A stretch of DNA of 64,000 nucleotides from a virus, in the IMG/VR virus record IMGVR_UViG_3300030616_000017, positions 64,001 through 128,000 of that record, one strand, 5' to 3'. The position numbers and the translations under genes were made by a program. Below are positions 9,183 to 20,193 of the stretch, piece after piece. The notes below the pieces were generated by a model. That model made no database searches, had not been told where the DNA came from, and worked only from the letters and a program-made list of their open reading frames with translations. Numbering within the stretch: position 1 is the first letter of the stretch; each line of letters opens with the position of its first letter.

Positions 9183-11024
9183 CTACATCTCTCCCTTTAG
9201 TATGTGCTTCCACTCATCTTTGGATAAGCTTTCTCTCTTAAAAATAGATTCATCTAAATCTTTCTTGTTCTTGAGAGATTTATCTAATCTTGTATCAATC
9301 GTATTTTCAAAAATTAAATTATGAACAATCACAGGGTCTTCTTGGCCTATTCTATGAAACCTCTTAATAGATTGAGCGTACTCAACATAGGAAAAACTAC
9401 GAGAAAAATATACGACTCGTTTGCATTGAGTAATATTCACTGCTGTTTGCAGCACTTTAGAGGATGCAATTAAAAGATTACACTTAGGGTCGTGCTTGAA
9501 CTTCTCTAGTTGTTCGTTTCTCCACTCAATAGCTTCTCTCCCCTTCGGAGTATTTTGCCCATGCAGGACTATCGGATTATACTTTGCATACCTTTTTGCT
9601 AATTGTTCTATCGTACTAGGATGAAAATCAAAGATTGTTAATTTCTGTTTTTCATCCTTGATGTATGTAGTTACCAGCGAATCTAAAATGCTCAATTTAC
9701 CATGATGCTTATCAAACTTGAATTGCTGCACGAGAGACGCCAAAGTCGATGAGCGGACAGGATCGATTCTATCCTTTAATAAAGAGGCGTTTTCGTAAGC
9801 TAAAGAAATATAAGGGAACTTATTAAACAGCCTTTTAGGAATAAGTTGCCCGTCATCTTCTTCCTTCAGAACGCTTATAACATAATTGATCAGCTGTTCA
9901 TAAATCATAGATTGGGTAGGTGAAAGGGCTGCATACGTATCTTTTATATATAGATCGGGAAGATCTAACAGTTCATTAGAAGTAAATCTTGATACCCACG
10001 GAGCAAAAAGCTGTTCCCATTCCTCTCTTTTCTTCTCATAAATAAAGTTTATAGCGTAGGCGCTAAATCTATTTCCTGTATTGGCTATCTCATCTACCCA
10101 TTCATAATAATTATGAGGTACCAGACTAGAGTCTAAAAACTTCATCTGAGAATAGACCTCTGTAAAGTTATTAGGAGAAGGGGTTCCTGTCAATAAATAT
10201 CTATACTCAAAAAACTGTTTATGCAAATGCAGTGCTTTCGATTGCCTTGCTTTGTGGTTCTTTATGTTATGAGATTCATCCAATATAATAGCTCTATTAC
10301 TGCCCCAACTATCAAAGGGAATAGTTGCTTTTCTATAATTCTTACTTGTTTTCTTTCCGCTTCTTTTGTGATAATCATCGCTCAGCGTAAGAAAGTGACG
10401 ATATGTCATTATAATAACTTTAGGAGACAAAGGAAGAGGGTCACGCACCGTTTGTGGGCTGGAAATAATAATATCTTTATCCTTATTATCAATAAAAGTA
10501 GCAAATTGAAGTAACTCTCTCCTCCAGTTGTAGACGCCTTCAGGCGGGGTAACAACTAAAACCCTATCGCACTTTCCTTGCTCAAAATAATGATTCAAAG
10601 TAGAAATATTAATAAAAGTTTTTCCACTACCCATCCCCAAAAAGAAAGCATATCGATTGCTGTTGATACCTTTCTGTATGCAATCGAGTTGAAAACTCTC
10701 ATTGGGAGCTTTTCCTTTAATAGGCTCACTTTTTAAAAGCCGTTCGTTTAATTTATTACGTTTGAATTTGGTTTCTCTTTTTCCAAACTGCTGAGATGCT
10801 TCTTTTATTTTTTCTTCAGCCCCTTGCTCAAAGACCACGTCATCATAATCTTGAATATGAGGAAGGGCCTGCATAAGCTTGCGGGCGGAAGCCCCCCACT
10901 CTTTTGTTTCTCCATTATAAGTAAACTTATGGCGTTTAACTGTTTCCAACACGGCTGAAAATGCAGAGCCGGAAAAAGTCACAAAAGCTGTTTCTTCTCC
11001 TGTACTGTAAGAGATCTTAACCAT
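9183..11024 (-). CDS. SNF2-family helicase
   Basis: MGSGKT, DESH, LTGTP, RFHRIGQ. Confidence 0.92.
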   Translation of the reverse strand: MVKISYSTGEETAFVTFSGSAFSAVLETVKRHKFTYNGETKEWGASARKLMQALPHIQDYDDVVFEQGAEEKIKEASQQFGKRETKFKRNKLNERLLKSEPIKGKAPNESFQLDCIQKGINSNRYAFFLGMGSGKTFINISTLNHYFEQGKCDRVLVVTPPEGVYNWRRELLQFATFIDNKDKDIIISSPQTVRDPLPLSPKVIIMTYRHFLTLSDDYHKRSGKKTSKNYRKATIPFDSWGSNRAIILDESHNIKNHKARQSKALHLHKQFFEYRYLLTGTPSPNNFTEVYSQMKFLDSSLVPHNYYEWVDEIANTGNRFSAYAINFIYEKKREEWEQLFAPWVSRFTSNELLDLPDLYIKDTYAALSPTQSMIYEQLINYVISVLKEEDDGQLIPKRLFNKFPYISLAYENASLLKDRIDPVRSSTLASLVQQFKFDKHHGKLSILDSLVTTYIKDEKQKLTIFDFHPSTIEQLAKRYAKYNPIVLHGQNTPKGREAIEWRNEQLEKFKHDPKCNLLIASSKVLQTAVNITQCKRVVYFSRSFSYVEYAQSIKRFHRIGQEDPVIVHNLIFENTIDTRLDKSLKNKKDLDESIFKRESLSKDEWKHILKGEM

Positions 11025-11071
11025 AATTTCTTCCTTATATATAATATAAGGTTAAAAAGAAGAAAAGGCAA

Positions 11072-12100
11072 TCAACTTCTTTCAATTTTAGGGGGGCGAA
11101 ATTCAAATGCTTTTTGCGGGGGAGAAGGTTTGTAGTGCTGAGATACCTTACTATTATCTTTTCTATCTATGTGGCGAAAAAGGCGAGGATCAATCTTTTC
11201 AATATCAAAAGCTAGCCCTTCATATAATAATGCGAGATTGCGTGGCTTGAATTTCGAGTTGGTAGTAAATTCCTTTATGTAAGATTCTGAGATAGGGATA
11301 AAAGCAACTAACTGGTGGTTTAAGCGTAAGCGCGCGGACCTCTCTTTGAACTCTTGTTTCCATCTATCTGTTAAATAAGGTATTATATCTATATTAGCTA
11401 ATACCTCAAATATATCTTTATAATCCCCTATGAGCTGCTCTAATTTTTTAGAGGGGAAGTTTTTTATGCCTATGGGTATTTCATCGGCCTTATCTCCCCT
11501 TATTACCTTGTACAAGACTACGGAGGACTCGCTGGGCATGAAATTAAAACGTTCATTAAAAAGTTTTCTGTCATATACTTTCTTTCCCATGTATTGAGCC
11601 ACATCTCTTTTTTTATAGTATATGCCTCTTGACCAATCTAAATCTTCGCTTATAATTAAGGAGGATTCTTTCTCGTTTATAGAATTAAGTACGGGAGGTA
11701 ACAAATCATCTGCTTCAAACCCCGTACCATATACAACGGAGATATTCTCGCCGTAATTCATTAGAATCAATCTCAGATAATCCAGTCCTCTATAAAACGA
11801 ATCACTTTTCTTTTTGCGGGATACTTTATAAGTAGGATCATATAATTGCTGTCTCATGTTCTTTTTGCTATCCGCATTATCAAATAAGCAATAAATCCTT
11901 CCTCCCTGTTTGAGAAACTCCCTTTTAAATCTTTTAAGAGATTGAAGAAAACCCCACACTCCTCCTGTTATTAGATGTTTGCCGTCTATTTCAACTGTCA
12001 GATTTTTATGGATTTCGTAGTTACGATAATACCAATTATTGACGTCTATTATGAGGTTGTCATAATATTTCTGCGGTTGAAAAAAATCTTTTTTACTCAT
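11072..12100 (-). CDS. 5'-3' exonuclease/flap endonuclease (RNase H-like)
   Basis: IID, EADD, SEDLD, GDKAD..PIG. Confidence 0.88.
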   Translation of the reverse strand: MSKKDFFQPQKYYDNLIIDVNNWYYRNYEIHKNLTVEIDGKHLITGGVWGFLQSLKRFKREFLKQGGRIYCLFDNADSKKNMRQQLYDPTYKVSRKKKSDSFYRGLDYLRLILMNYGENISVVYGTGFEADDLLPPVLNSINEKESSLIISEDLDWSRGIYYKKRDVAQYMGKKVYDRKLFNERFNFMPSESSVVLYKVIRGDKADEIPIGIKNFPSKKLEQLIGDYKDIFEVLANIDIIPYLTDRWKQEFKERSARLRLNHQLVAFIPISESYIKEFTTNSKFKPRNLALLYEGLAFDIEKIDPRLFRHIDRKDNSKVSQHYKPSPPQKAFEFRPPKIERS

Positions 12101-12104
12101 ATCT

Positions 12105-12578
12105 TTATGCTTCTAACGTATCTTTTAAGTAAAGCTCAAACACTTCTTGCAACATAAGGTTATTTTCTTGTAATTGTGCAAGGAATTGTTTTTGATTTTC
12201 TTCGTCTTGGGCTATTTTCTTTGCTTCATCCTTCGCATGAAGAAAGTCAAAGGAGGAATCTACAGAAGAAGAGAAATTCATTTTCTCTGGTTTTTCTCCT
12301 CCTTCCATTGCCTCACCAACCAGTCCTAAAATATTTTGCACAGTATAGGCTATACCTTGTTCAGATTCTTCCTCTTCTAATAAGTTTTCTTGAATATTTT
12401 CTAAAAAATCTTCCAAAAAAATACCATATTTTTCTAAAAAAGATCGTAATGCCTTGAATAGGGACGCAGAAAGATCTTCGTCTGAGTCCCACTCATAAAC
12501 AGGAGCTTCTGATGAAATAATATCTTTAACGGACTCCCGATTAGAGGTTGTAAGTTCAATTTTTATTGTTCCCATCAT
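12105..12578 (-). CDS. hypothetical acidic protein
   Basis: ORF overlapping the upstream stop codon. Confidence 0.55.
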   Translation of the reverse strand: MMGTIKIELTTSNRESVKDIISSEAPVYEWDSDEDLSASLFKALRSFLEKYGIFLEDFLENIQENLLEEEESEQGIAYTVQNILGLVGEAMEGGEKPEKMNFSSSVDSSFDFLHAKDEAKKIAQDEENQKQFLAQLQENNLMLQEVFELYLKDTLEA

Positions 12579-14032
12579 TGGTACTTGTCCCCTAGTTTAA
12601 GTTCATCGACAAATCTTACGCCGTTCTCTTCGTCCACCACGTAATATGTTTGCGTGGGTTGTTCCCCTTTCTTCAAAGCTCCGAGGGAAAATTCATTAGG
12701 ACCTATAAGAGAGCCGTTCATAATAATCTTGGCTCCGCTAAAAGACTTGGTAATATTAGAAGAATGAAAATGGCCCATGTTCACGTATTCAAAACTCTTG
12801 TCTATCTGATTAAGAGTTCCTCCCAACAGAGAAATGTCTCTGGATAGATTACCTGGAACAGAGTTCAAACCATTTCCTCCTTTAATTACATCTCCATGCA
12901 GAGAAAGAAATTCATGCCCTACAATCTCGTGCAACTTCATATGTGATTCTGGAATATCAAATTCAACAATATTCTTGGTTTCTCTTTTTATAAATTCATA
13001 AAGAATATATTCATGGTTTTGTCTCTGCTTATGCTTGTAGCGGGGCTTGATATGATGACGAGGATGATTACCTACCAAGCCTAAAGCTTTAATTTTAGCA
13101 AAATGTTTGGACAGATTTTGAATATGCTGAGCGGTATAATCAGCAAGTTCTATAATTCCTTTGGTTACGCCTAGTTCACTATTCTCCGCCAAATCATGAA
13201 GCGTCCCTGAAATCATATCTCCAAGAAAAAGAATATTCAAAACATTTGTACCAAAGATTTTATTATTCTCTAAAACTTTTCTAAAAAGCTTATCAATTCT
13301 CTTTCGTGATATCGAAACAGAATATGCATTAAGGCCTAACATCTCCTCATAATCAACCACCTCATCCCAATGCCAGTCGCTAGCAAGAATGACCGATTCT
13401 GCATTATCCTTGAAATTCTTAACATTGATGTTAGAGGGCTTGAATTCGAAAGGTTCGTACTCTTCTACAACCTGTTCTAAAATGCTTACGAGTTTTTCAT
13501 CTTGAATTTGTCGTGTTTTGTAAAAATCTAATTCTTTTCTAATTTTTTTATTTTCGTGCTCTACTTTATTAACTTTTTTATCTGTCTGAATATGAAATAA
13601 ATTCATTTCATAAATACTTTTTAACACCTGCTTCAAATCAGGTATTTGATATAAGAATGCTTTGTAAGGTATGCTTACTTCTGCAGCTAAATCCCTCACA
13701 TCATCCATTTGAAAAGGCTTTTTAAGTTTTTTAGACTTTGCCTCCAAAAGAGAAATTAAATACTCTTCATCGTACTCTGCGTATTTCTCTTTTTCTCTCT
13801 CTTGTTCTTTTGCCTGCTCTTCTTTGGTTTCTGTTAAGTCGCTTTCTCCATCAGCCATCAGCTGATTGTAGTACAGATGAATAGCTTTCCTATAAGATAG
13901 ATAAGAAGAGTTTGAATCAGTATCTTTAATAAAGTCCGTGTACATACTTTCTGACAGAACCGGCTCTAATTCATAATTATGTTCTGACAGTTTTTCTAGT
14001 ATCCAATCTTTTTTCTTTATGGGTTTCGCCAT
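12575..14032 (-). CDS. calcineurin-like metallophosphoesterase/nuclease with N-terminal coiled coil
   Basis: SDWH, GD, GNH, HGD, GHFH. Confidence 0.85.
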   Translation of the reverse strand: MAKPIKKKDWILEKLSEHNYELEPVLSESMYTDFIKDTDSNSSYLSYRKAIHLYYNQLMADGESDLTETKEEQAKEQEREKEKYAEYDEEYLISLLEAKSKKLKKPFQMDDVRDLAAEVSIPYKAFLYQIPDLKQVLKSIYEMNLFHIQTDKKVNKVEHENKKIRKELDFYKTRQIQDEKLVSILEQVVEEYEPFEFKPSNINVKNFKDNAESVILASDWHWDEVVDYEEMLGLNAYSVSISRKRIDKLFRKVLENNKIFGTNVLNILFLGDMISGTLHDLAENSELGVTKGIIELADYTAQHIQNLSKHFAKIKALGLVGNHPRHHIKPRYKHKQRQNHEYILYEFIKRETKNIVEFDIPESHMKLHEIVGHEFLSLHGDVIKGGNGLNSVPGNLSRDISLLGGTLNQIDKSFEYVNMGHFHSSNITKSFSGAKIIMNGSLIGPNEFSLGALKKGEQPTQTYYVVDEENGVRFVDELKLGDKYQ

Positions 14033-14304
14033 TATGCCCTCTTTCTATTCTTGCGATGGTTTTGTATATGCTTGGTTCGATGTTCGCTGTTGGTCTTAAT
14101 GGTTCCATCTCTCCACCAACAACGAAACTTCATTCTACGTCTTTGAGCTCTATTTGGCCCCGCGGAGCCTTCAATATAAAAAGCAGCTTCTAAAGGCCGG
14201 GTCATTCTTTTATCCCATTTCCTCTTCTCTGCTCCATCCATTTTTTCAATTTTAGCTCTCTCGTAGCTTGTCAAATAATATATGCCTGTTTTTGCTCTAA
14301 ACAT
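14032..14304 (-). CDS. hypothetical basic protein
   Basis: RBS AAGGAG; coupled to the next gene. Confidence 0.55.
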   Translation of the reverse strand: MFRAKTGIYYLTSYERAKIEKMDGAEKRKWDKRMTRPLEAAFYIEGSAGPNRAQRRRMKFRCWWRDGTIKTNSEHRTKHIQNHRKNRKRA

Positions 14305-14319
14305 CTTTTCTACTCCTTT

Positions 14320-14907
14320 TTATTCATCTGTGGGGTCAAGCGGTTTTTGTTCTGATTTTTCTTCAAACAATTCCCAAGCCGCTATGGGAGTCAAGATGCC
14401 TTCCTGTAGCTTAGAAAGAAAGCTGGTGATAGGCATCTTCATCTTAAACCTATATAGATAGTTGTCATATAGATTGCGGACAAACAGTTCGTCTCTCTCT
14501 ATAAGCGCTTTCTCGATTCTCCACGTTCTTTCTGTTTCCTTCCAAAAACCTTCTCCTGTTACGTCTACTAACCCTAGAGTTCCTTCAGAGATCTTTTGAT
14601 TAATTTCTTCAGCAGGAGCCCTCACTTCCTCTCTTACTTTTTGTATCATGAGGGGAAGATAGGGTAAAAGTTTTTTCTTGATAAGATAAATGTTCTTTCT
14701 CACGTCCATCTCATAGTCATATTCAAAATAAAACAGCCTTTCTTTATTCTCAGGGTCATTTTCATCAAAATGTTTATAAAGAATAACTCCACTAGGCTGC
14801 AGAATAAAAGAAATCAGAATAGGAAGTTTGCTGCAGAAATTCGTGAATTTTTTCGTAAACACTTTCTTGAATTGATGGACATCGATGTTTTTCTTGTGTA
14901 CAATCAT
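14320..14907 (-). CDS. hypothetical protein
   Basis: RBS AAGGAG upstream. Confidence 0.6.
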   Translation of the reverse strand: MIVHKKNIDVHQFKKVFTKKFTNFCSKLPILISFILQPSGVILYKHFDENDPENKERLFYFEYDYEMDVRKNIYLIKKKLLPYLPLMIQKVREEVRAPAEEINQKISEGTLGLVDVTGEGFWKETERTWRIEKALIERDELFVRNLYDNYLYRFKMKMPITSFLSKLQEGILTPIAAWELFEEKSEQKPLDPTDE

Positions 14908-14941
14908 GGTGCTTCGTCTCCTTAATTATTATTTTATAATG

Positions 14942-16039
14942 TCACACAAACCGAATTGTGGCCACATGTCTCTCTATATTAGTCTCGCCAATCGTGTTAA
15001 AGGCAGGTTGATCTGTATCAAACTGAAAAACAATAAAATCATCATTTATAGATGCAACTGCTTTTTTAACAAGACTCCTTGAAACCCAAAATTCTTCGCC
15101 TACAAGCGCTTCGCTGCACTCTTTCAAAGCCATCTGTCTATTAGCAGGCGTATCTGATTGAGATTCCACCGAAAGAGTTTCCTCGTCTATAATACGAAAA
15201 CAAATCTGTTGATTAGGAACTGTAGTGACAAATACTTCTAAAAAGTCCAAAATATTGATTATTTCGCTTTTCTCAACACAGAGGCTTGTATCATGTTTGT
15301 ACTTACTAATGTGGTCTTCGTCGAAGACATCGGGCGTTGTTAAATCCGCACTGTCTGTCGTTAGACGAAGTTCCTCTCCCTCGCCTATAGTAAAATATAC
15401 GTCGCCATTTTCTTCATTAAAAAACAAGTAGGTGGGAAAAAGAGAAGCCACAGATGATATAAGGCGGGCGATATCTCCTCTTATTCTTATGTTGGGGTAG
15501 TCAATGGGGTTACCATCTTCGTCTTTCTCATCAACCTGAGCTTCGAATATCTGCGAGATGTCATTAGCTATTACTTCGTTTTTCCATAGAGAAACGCCAT
15601 AAAAATTCTCTCCGGGGACAGAAGAGTGTGACCCCGCGTAATTCATGGCTGTTTTAATATTCCGAATAAGGTTGGAAGTAAGAAAATAAGATGTAAAATT
15701 GTTTTCCTCTATTTCTGGAACCGGCATTTCTTCTTCAATAAGAGGAATCTTAAACTTTTCCTCGCCATTATAAAACTCGTAATCTTCATTGAGATAAAGC
15801 GTGTCATATTGACTACAGAGAGTAAGAAAAATGTTTTTATCTACGCTAATGGAGGGGAAAGCTTCTGCAGCCTCAAATTCAAATTCAAATGCAAGCTTTC
15901 CAAAAAGATGTTCTCCTGAAAAAGAAGCTTCTGATGATTCGAAGTTAAGACACAGGTACTTATGCCTTTTATCTTCTTTTTTATAAGAAGCCTCTATAAT
16001 CTTAGCGTACTTATTAAAATTTTCTGTTGAAATCTTCAT
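14942..16039 (-). CDS. putative sliding clamp (DnaN-like)
   Basis: 365-aa acidic protein of clamp size in a replication module; weak motif similarity only. Confidence 0.5.
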   Translation of the reverse strand: MKISTENFNKYAKIIEASYKKEDKRHKYLCLNFESSEASFSGEHLFGKLAFEFEFEAAEAFPSISVDKNIFLTLCSQYDTLYLNEDYEFYNGEEKFKIPLIEEEMPVPEIEENNFTSYFLTSNLIRNIKTAMNYAGSHSSVPGENFYGVSLWKNEVIANDISQIFEAQVDEKDEDGNPIDYPNIRIRGDIARLISSVASLFPTYLFFNEENGDVYFTIGEGEELRLTTDSADLTTPDVFDEDHISKYKHDTSLCVEKSEIINILDFLEVFVTTVPNQQICFRIIDEETLSVESQSDTPANRQMALKECSEALVGEEFWVSRSLVKKAVASINDDFIVFQFDTDQPAFNTIGETNIERHVATIRFV

Positions 16040-16150
16040 TTACCACCTCCAAATGGCTTATTATTTTTTATTTTAGTAGATATTATCTCACTAACATAAT
16101 ACATCCTGCAGTTACATTATATAATATAACCTAAAAAAATAGGAAAGTAA

Positions 16151-16549
16151 ATGGATCAACAACAAAAAATAAAAATAATTGTAGCTTTTCCTCGTAACCA
16201 AAGATACTATGGCTATTACGTCAATAACAATCTTACAGATAAACACTTAATGAAAAGAGATGCGTTTTATCTTTTTTTAGCTAAGATGGTAAAGGCTCCT
16301 CAAACAGCTAAAATCAAAGAGTTTATAGATTTAAATTTTTTCTTTATCGTTGATATAGAGAATAACATGGCAACGAGGCTTGAATTAAGTAATCAACAAG
16401 ATGTACAAAAATTAAAAGAATCAATCAGAAAAATAGATGGGAATAGAGTCAAAAAAGAACTAGAAAGAGAGATAAATAAAGTAAAAAACGATTTATATGA
16501 GCAAGATGTAAAGAAACTGCAAGATTCTTGTTTAAATTCGGAGGAATAA
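16151..16549 (+). CDS. hypothetical protein
   Basis: First ORF after the strand switch. Confidence 0.5.
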   Translation: MDQQQKIKIIVAFPRNQRYYGYYVNNNLTDKHLMKRDAFYLFLAKMVKAPQTAKIKEFIDLNFFFIVDIENNMATRLELSNQQDVQKLKESIRKIDGNRVKKELEREINKVKNDLYEQDVKKLQDSCLNSEE

Positions 16550-16568
16550 AAGTTATATTATATATAAT

Positions 16569-18176
16569 ATGAATGCTCAAAAAAATAAAACTATTTTAGA
16601 AAAGTTTCCTGGTGTAAGTGGTTTTGATTTTACTTCCAATAAAGTAGCTCTTAATCATGGGGGCCGGAACTGGGTTTCAAAAAACTTCAAAAATATTACT
16701 CCTAAATTGCTGAAAAAACATTTCAGCGGGGAGCAAACTATGGCCCTACCTAAATACCCTCATTCTAAATATTTGATCTTTGACATAGACCAGAGAAGTC
16801 AATTAAAAACAGTAAGGGTAAAAAAAATAGTCGATCAAATTATAAAAGATTTTGGATTTCCTTTTTATATAGAGCGCTCTTCACAAACAGGCAATTATCA
16901 TTTATACTATGAGATGGAAGAGTACTTATCTAAAAAAGGAATAAGCGCCCTTCTCGATTATTATGGAAAAAATTATGGATATATAATAGAAGTAGTTCAT
17001 GATCGTAAGGTTATGAGGCTACCTTTCTCATCTCCCTACCAGCAAAAGGCATTTACTTACAAGAATGAAAAAATAGAAGAGGTAGAGAGGCTTCTTGAAG
17101 TGTTTGCTTCTCATGAGCTTTCTCCCCTGCCTTCTTGGTTAAAAAAAGAAAACACATTTGGAGACCCTATTTCTAAAAGAAGGGATGTAAACAAAGACGG
17201 GGGCAAAGATAAAGTGTCTCCTCATTTATTTTACGGGGCCGGAGACAGGCATGAAAAACAACCTCGTATTGGCCTTGAAACCATAAGACTTTACGGCCCG
17301 GAAAGAGAAAGGTTTTATGAGTTGTGTGAATACTACAACGACGGCACCTCTAAAGATATGAAAAAAAATCTTTATGAAAGAAATCAAATCTTGGATAAGG
17401 TTTGGGACTGGTGCTTAACCCATTATGATGATTCTCTTACCTTTGAGAAAACAGAAGAGGGTATGATAGTAGATTATTACGGGAATTTTAAGTTCCTTAA
17501 TAAAAGTGAATTCTCATTTGATGACGAAGAATACAAAAAACTTGAAAAAATTCTAACTTTCTTTTTTAGGAGAAACAAAATAGGAAAGATAAATAGCAAA
17601 TATGAAAAGAGATTTATATTAGACGCTATTATCTTATTAGAGGCAGCGGAAAGCAAAAGATTGTATGATGAGGAAACCAACGCCCATTATTCTAAAGAGG
17701 AATTTTCTAAGTTCTCTAATGCAACTTTACTAACTCATAATCTAAAGAAAAATATAGCCAAATTCTATAAAATTAAAAATGGGATTAAGGTGTGGAGATT
17801 TTTAGAAAGTATCAGAGCTATCACCCCCGTATATATTGGGAAGTACACTCATTCGTATAAAGGAACAAAAAGATTCGGCAAGCATTACCGAATTAAAAGA
17901 GTCTCCCATCTCTATAATAGGTATATGAGAATTAGGAAAAACCACCAAAATCTAAAAAATCTCAAACGTACTCCTATTATTTATAATTATATTAATAAAA
18001 ATATTAATATTAATAATATTAATTCTCTTAGAGAGAGGAAGAAAAACAATATAAATTATAGTACCAACTTTTTGTTACAAGGAAAATCCTTAGATGAAAG
18101 ATTGGAGGCTGTACGCAAATGGAAGAAGACAAAACCTAAGGCTTATTTAAGAGCTTTAAGAAAAAAAGCGTTATAG
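16569..18176 (+). CDS. AEP (prim-pol)-like replication protein
   Basis: IFDID, SSQTGNYHLY, RLPF fit AEP motifs. Confidence 0.6.
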   Translation: MNAQKNKTILEKFPGVSGFDFTSNKVALNHGGRNWVSKNFKNITPKLLKKHFSGEQTMALPKYPHSKYLIFDIDQRSQLKTVRVKKIVDQIIKDFGFPFYIERSSQTGNYHLYYEMEEYLSKKGISALLDYYGKNYGYIIEVVHDRKVMRLPFSSPYQQKAFTYKNEKIEEVERLLEVFASHELSPLPSWLKKENTFGDPISKRRDVNKDGGKDKVSPHLFYGAGDRHEKQPRIGLETIRLYGPERERFYELCEYYNDGTSKDMKKNLYERNQILDKVWDWCLTHYDDSLTFEKTEEGMIVDYYGNFKFLNKSEFSFDDEEYKKLEKILTFFFRRNKIGKINSKYEKRFILDAIILLEAAESKRLYDEETNAHYSKEEFSKFSNATLLTHNLKKNIAKFYKIKNGIKVWRFLESIRAITPVYIGKYTHSYKGTKRFGKHYRIKRVSHLYNRYMRIRKNHQNLKNLKRTPIIYNYINKNININNINSLRERKKNNINYSTNFLLQGKSLDERLEAVRKWKKTKPKAYLRALRKKAL

Positions 18177-18269
18177 AAGTTACTTATTGAGTTTTTTAGG
18201 TTATATTATAGTGTGAACAGATAAGCTATCGGTTATAGCTTTGTATATTTCTATTAGGAGGTTGTACTA

Positions 18270-19595
18270 GTGAGTAGTACCGAAGACATTTTTCAAGCTG
18301 CGCTAAAGAACAGGCAGCAGGAGAGATCAAATCAAAACAATTATGGATTTGACTCAGCATTTGAACAGCCGGAATACACGGCTCTGGAAGCGAATGAGTT
18401 TAAGCTTCTTCGTTTTCTAGGAGAACCTATTTCAGTGAGAAAGGACCCTACTTCTCCTTCTCTTATCTTTCATTCTTTTATTGCAGGAGACGATGGGAAG
18501 AATTTTCGCTGCGTCTGGCCCGATAAGAAAGCTCAGCCGGATTGGCTTCTTTGGAAGATTTACAACAAGGTAATGGCGTACGATTGGGATAAGGACAGTC
18601 AGGTGCCCCGCTATCATCACAGCACCTCTCATCCTGATCTTTTTAACAGGGTCGCAAAAAACAACAAGATTGACAACAAGTATGAAACAGGGTGGAGACC
18701 TACTTCTTATGTTCTGTGGAATGTAATTGACAGGGCCGAGAAGGTGTATAATGGTTTTCATAAGGAACAAAAGAAAACACTTCTTCTTTCTAAGAAAGGA
18801 AGTCCTACTCAGTCTGGCTCCATGTTTTATTTGCCCGGTGTTCCTGTTTCTCTTTACAACATTATTCTTGATGAGATAGTGGAGATTAACGGGGATTGGA
18901 ATAAGTACGATATTTTTGTTACCAAGATGCAGCAAGACCCTTGGTACAAGGCTTATCATGCTGTAGATGATTTCAAAAAAGTATCTGCACGCTTAAACGA
19001 TGAGGCCACTATGAGAGCTATGGGATATGATCCTTCTGTTGCAGAGAGACCTCTCACCGAAGAAGAACTTACGTGGGAGAGATACAATATCGATAAGATG
19101 TTCCCCCTTACTTCGTATAGAAAGATTCATAATCGTCTTGGCGTTTTTATTCAGTCTGTAGATAAAGCTTTCGGAACTCATTTTTATGAAGAGCTGGAAA
19201 CTCTGAAAGAGAAAGAAATTGCGGAACAGCCAGAAAAAGAAGAAAGAACCCCAAGCAGGTCTGCTACGCCCTCTCCTTCACCGCAGCCTGAAGCTTCCAC
19301 AGATGAGGCTCCTGCACCAGAAAAAGCAGAAGCCAGGCCAAGACCGAGACGTACCCCTCCTGTAGAGGGGCAACTCAAAGAACCCAGCTTTGATGAAATT
19401 GCCAAGGAGAACAATTTTGTAGGAATGGACAAACTCACAGAAGAGATGAAAGCAATGATTACAGGGTACGATGATACTAAAGGCACATTCACCTACAGAA
19501 CCGATGAAACTGTGTATAGTTGCGTCGACGAAAACTGTACTATGGAGTCCCCCGAATCATTTACTCATTGTCCGAAATGCGGCGCTGAATTTTAA
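18270..19595 (+). CDS. putative ssDNA-binding protein with C-terminal Zn ribbon
   Basis: Own promoter, strong RBS and terminator; Pro/Glu-rich linker; C..C/CPKC tail; replication context. Confidence 0.45.
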   Translation: MSSTEDIFQAALKNRQQERSNQNNYGFDSAFEQPEYTALEANEFKLLRFLGEPISVRKDPTSPSLIFHSFIAGDDGKNFRCVWPDKKAQPDWLLWKIYNKVMAYDWDKDSQVPRYHHSTSHPDLFNRVAKNNKIDNKYETGWRPTSYVLWNVIDRAEKVYNGFHKEQKKTLLLSKKGSPTQSGSMFYLPGVPVSLYNIILDEIVEINGDWNKYDIFVTKMQQDPWYKAYHAVDDFKKVSARLNDEATMRAMGYDPSVAERPLTEEELTWERYNIDKMFPLTSYRKIHNRLGVFIQSVDKAFGTHFYEELETLKEKEIAEQPEKEERTPSRSATPSPSPQPEASTDEAPAPEKAEARPRPRRTPPVEGQLKEPSFDEIAKENNFVGMDKLTEEMKAMITGYDDTKGTFTYRTDETVYSCVDENCTMESPESFTHCPKCGAEF

Positions 19596-19621
19596 GATAA
19601 GATTTTTTAGATAATTTAAAT

Positions 19622-19665
19622 GCAGGGTACCGAAATGAAAATATTTTTGGTATCCTGCTTTTTTT
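19622..19665 (+). terminator. intrinsic terminator
   Basis: GCAGGGTACC/GGTATCCTGC stem followed by a T run. Confidence 0.75.
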
Positions 19666-19683
19666 ATTGACTAATAAAAATAG

Positions 19684-20193
19684 ATGAAAGAAAAAGATTT
19701 AAATACAGTGATAAATAATTCATTTAAGTGTTTGGGCTTTTCACATAAGATTTCAGATCCTATGGGAGGACAAGGAAGTCAAAATCCGTTTGATGGTTTT
19801 TCTGTATGTTTCGACCAGGCCTGGTACTGGGAAAGCAAGTTAATTAAAGAGGGCTACTACGCCTTTAATTTTAATAAAATAGAAGAACATCAGTGGGGGA
19901 ATCTCCTGCGTATCAAAAAAGAGATGCCAACCGCTAACTGTGTGATTATTGTAGGGTTTTGGGCTTCCAGATCTTTTTTTGAGTATTTGGTATTTGATGT
20001 TGTTTGTTTGTGGAAAATGAAGAATCAAGGTCAAAAATCAATTAAGAAAACAGAGTTGGAGAAGTTGCGAAAAAAAGGATATAATATGATTATTAAAAAG
20101 AATAAAAACACTAACAAGCTTATGACAGAGAACATGGAAGCAATACAAAATAAAATTATCACGTGCGAGGTGTTACAACATGCAGATAGTTAA
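19684..20193 (+). CDS. Holliday junction resolvase-like PD-(D/E)XK nuclease
   Basis: KISD..PFDG..WESK..F..IEEHQ, RecU-like. Confidence 0.7.
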   Translation: MKEKDLNTVINNSFKCLGFSHKISDPMGGQGSQNPFDGFSVCFDQAWYWESKLIKEGYYAFNFNKIEEHQWGNLLRIKKEMPTANCVIIVGFWASRSFFEYLVFDVVCLWKMKNQGQKSIKKTELEKLRKKGYNMIIKKNKNTNKLMTENMEAIQNKIITCEVLQHADS

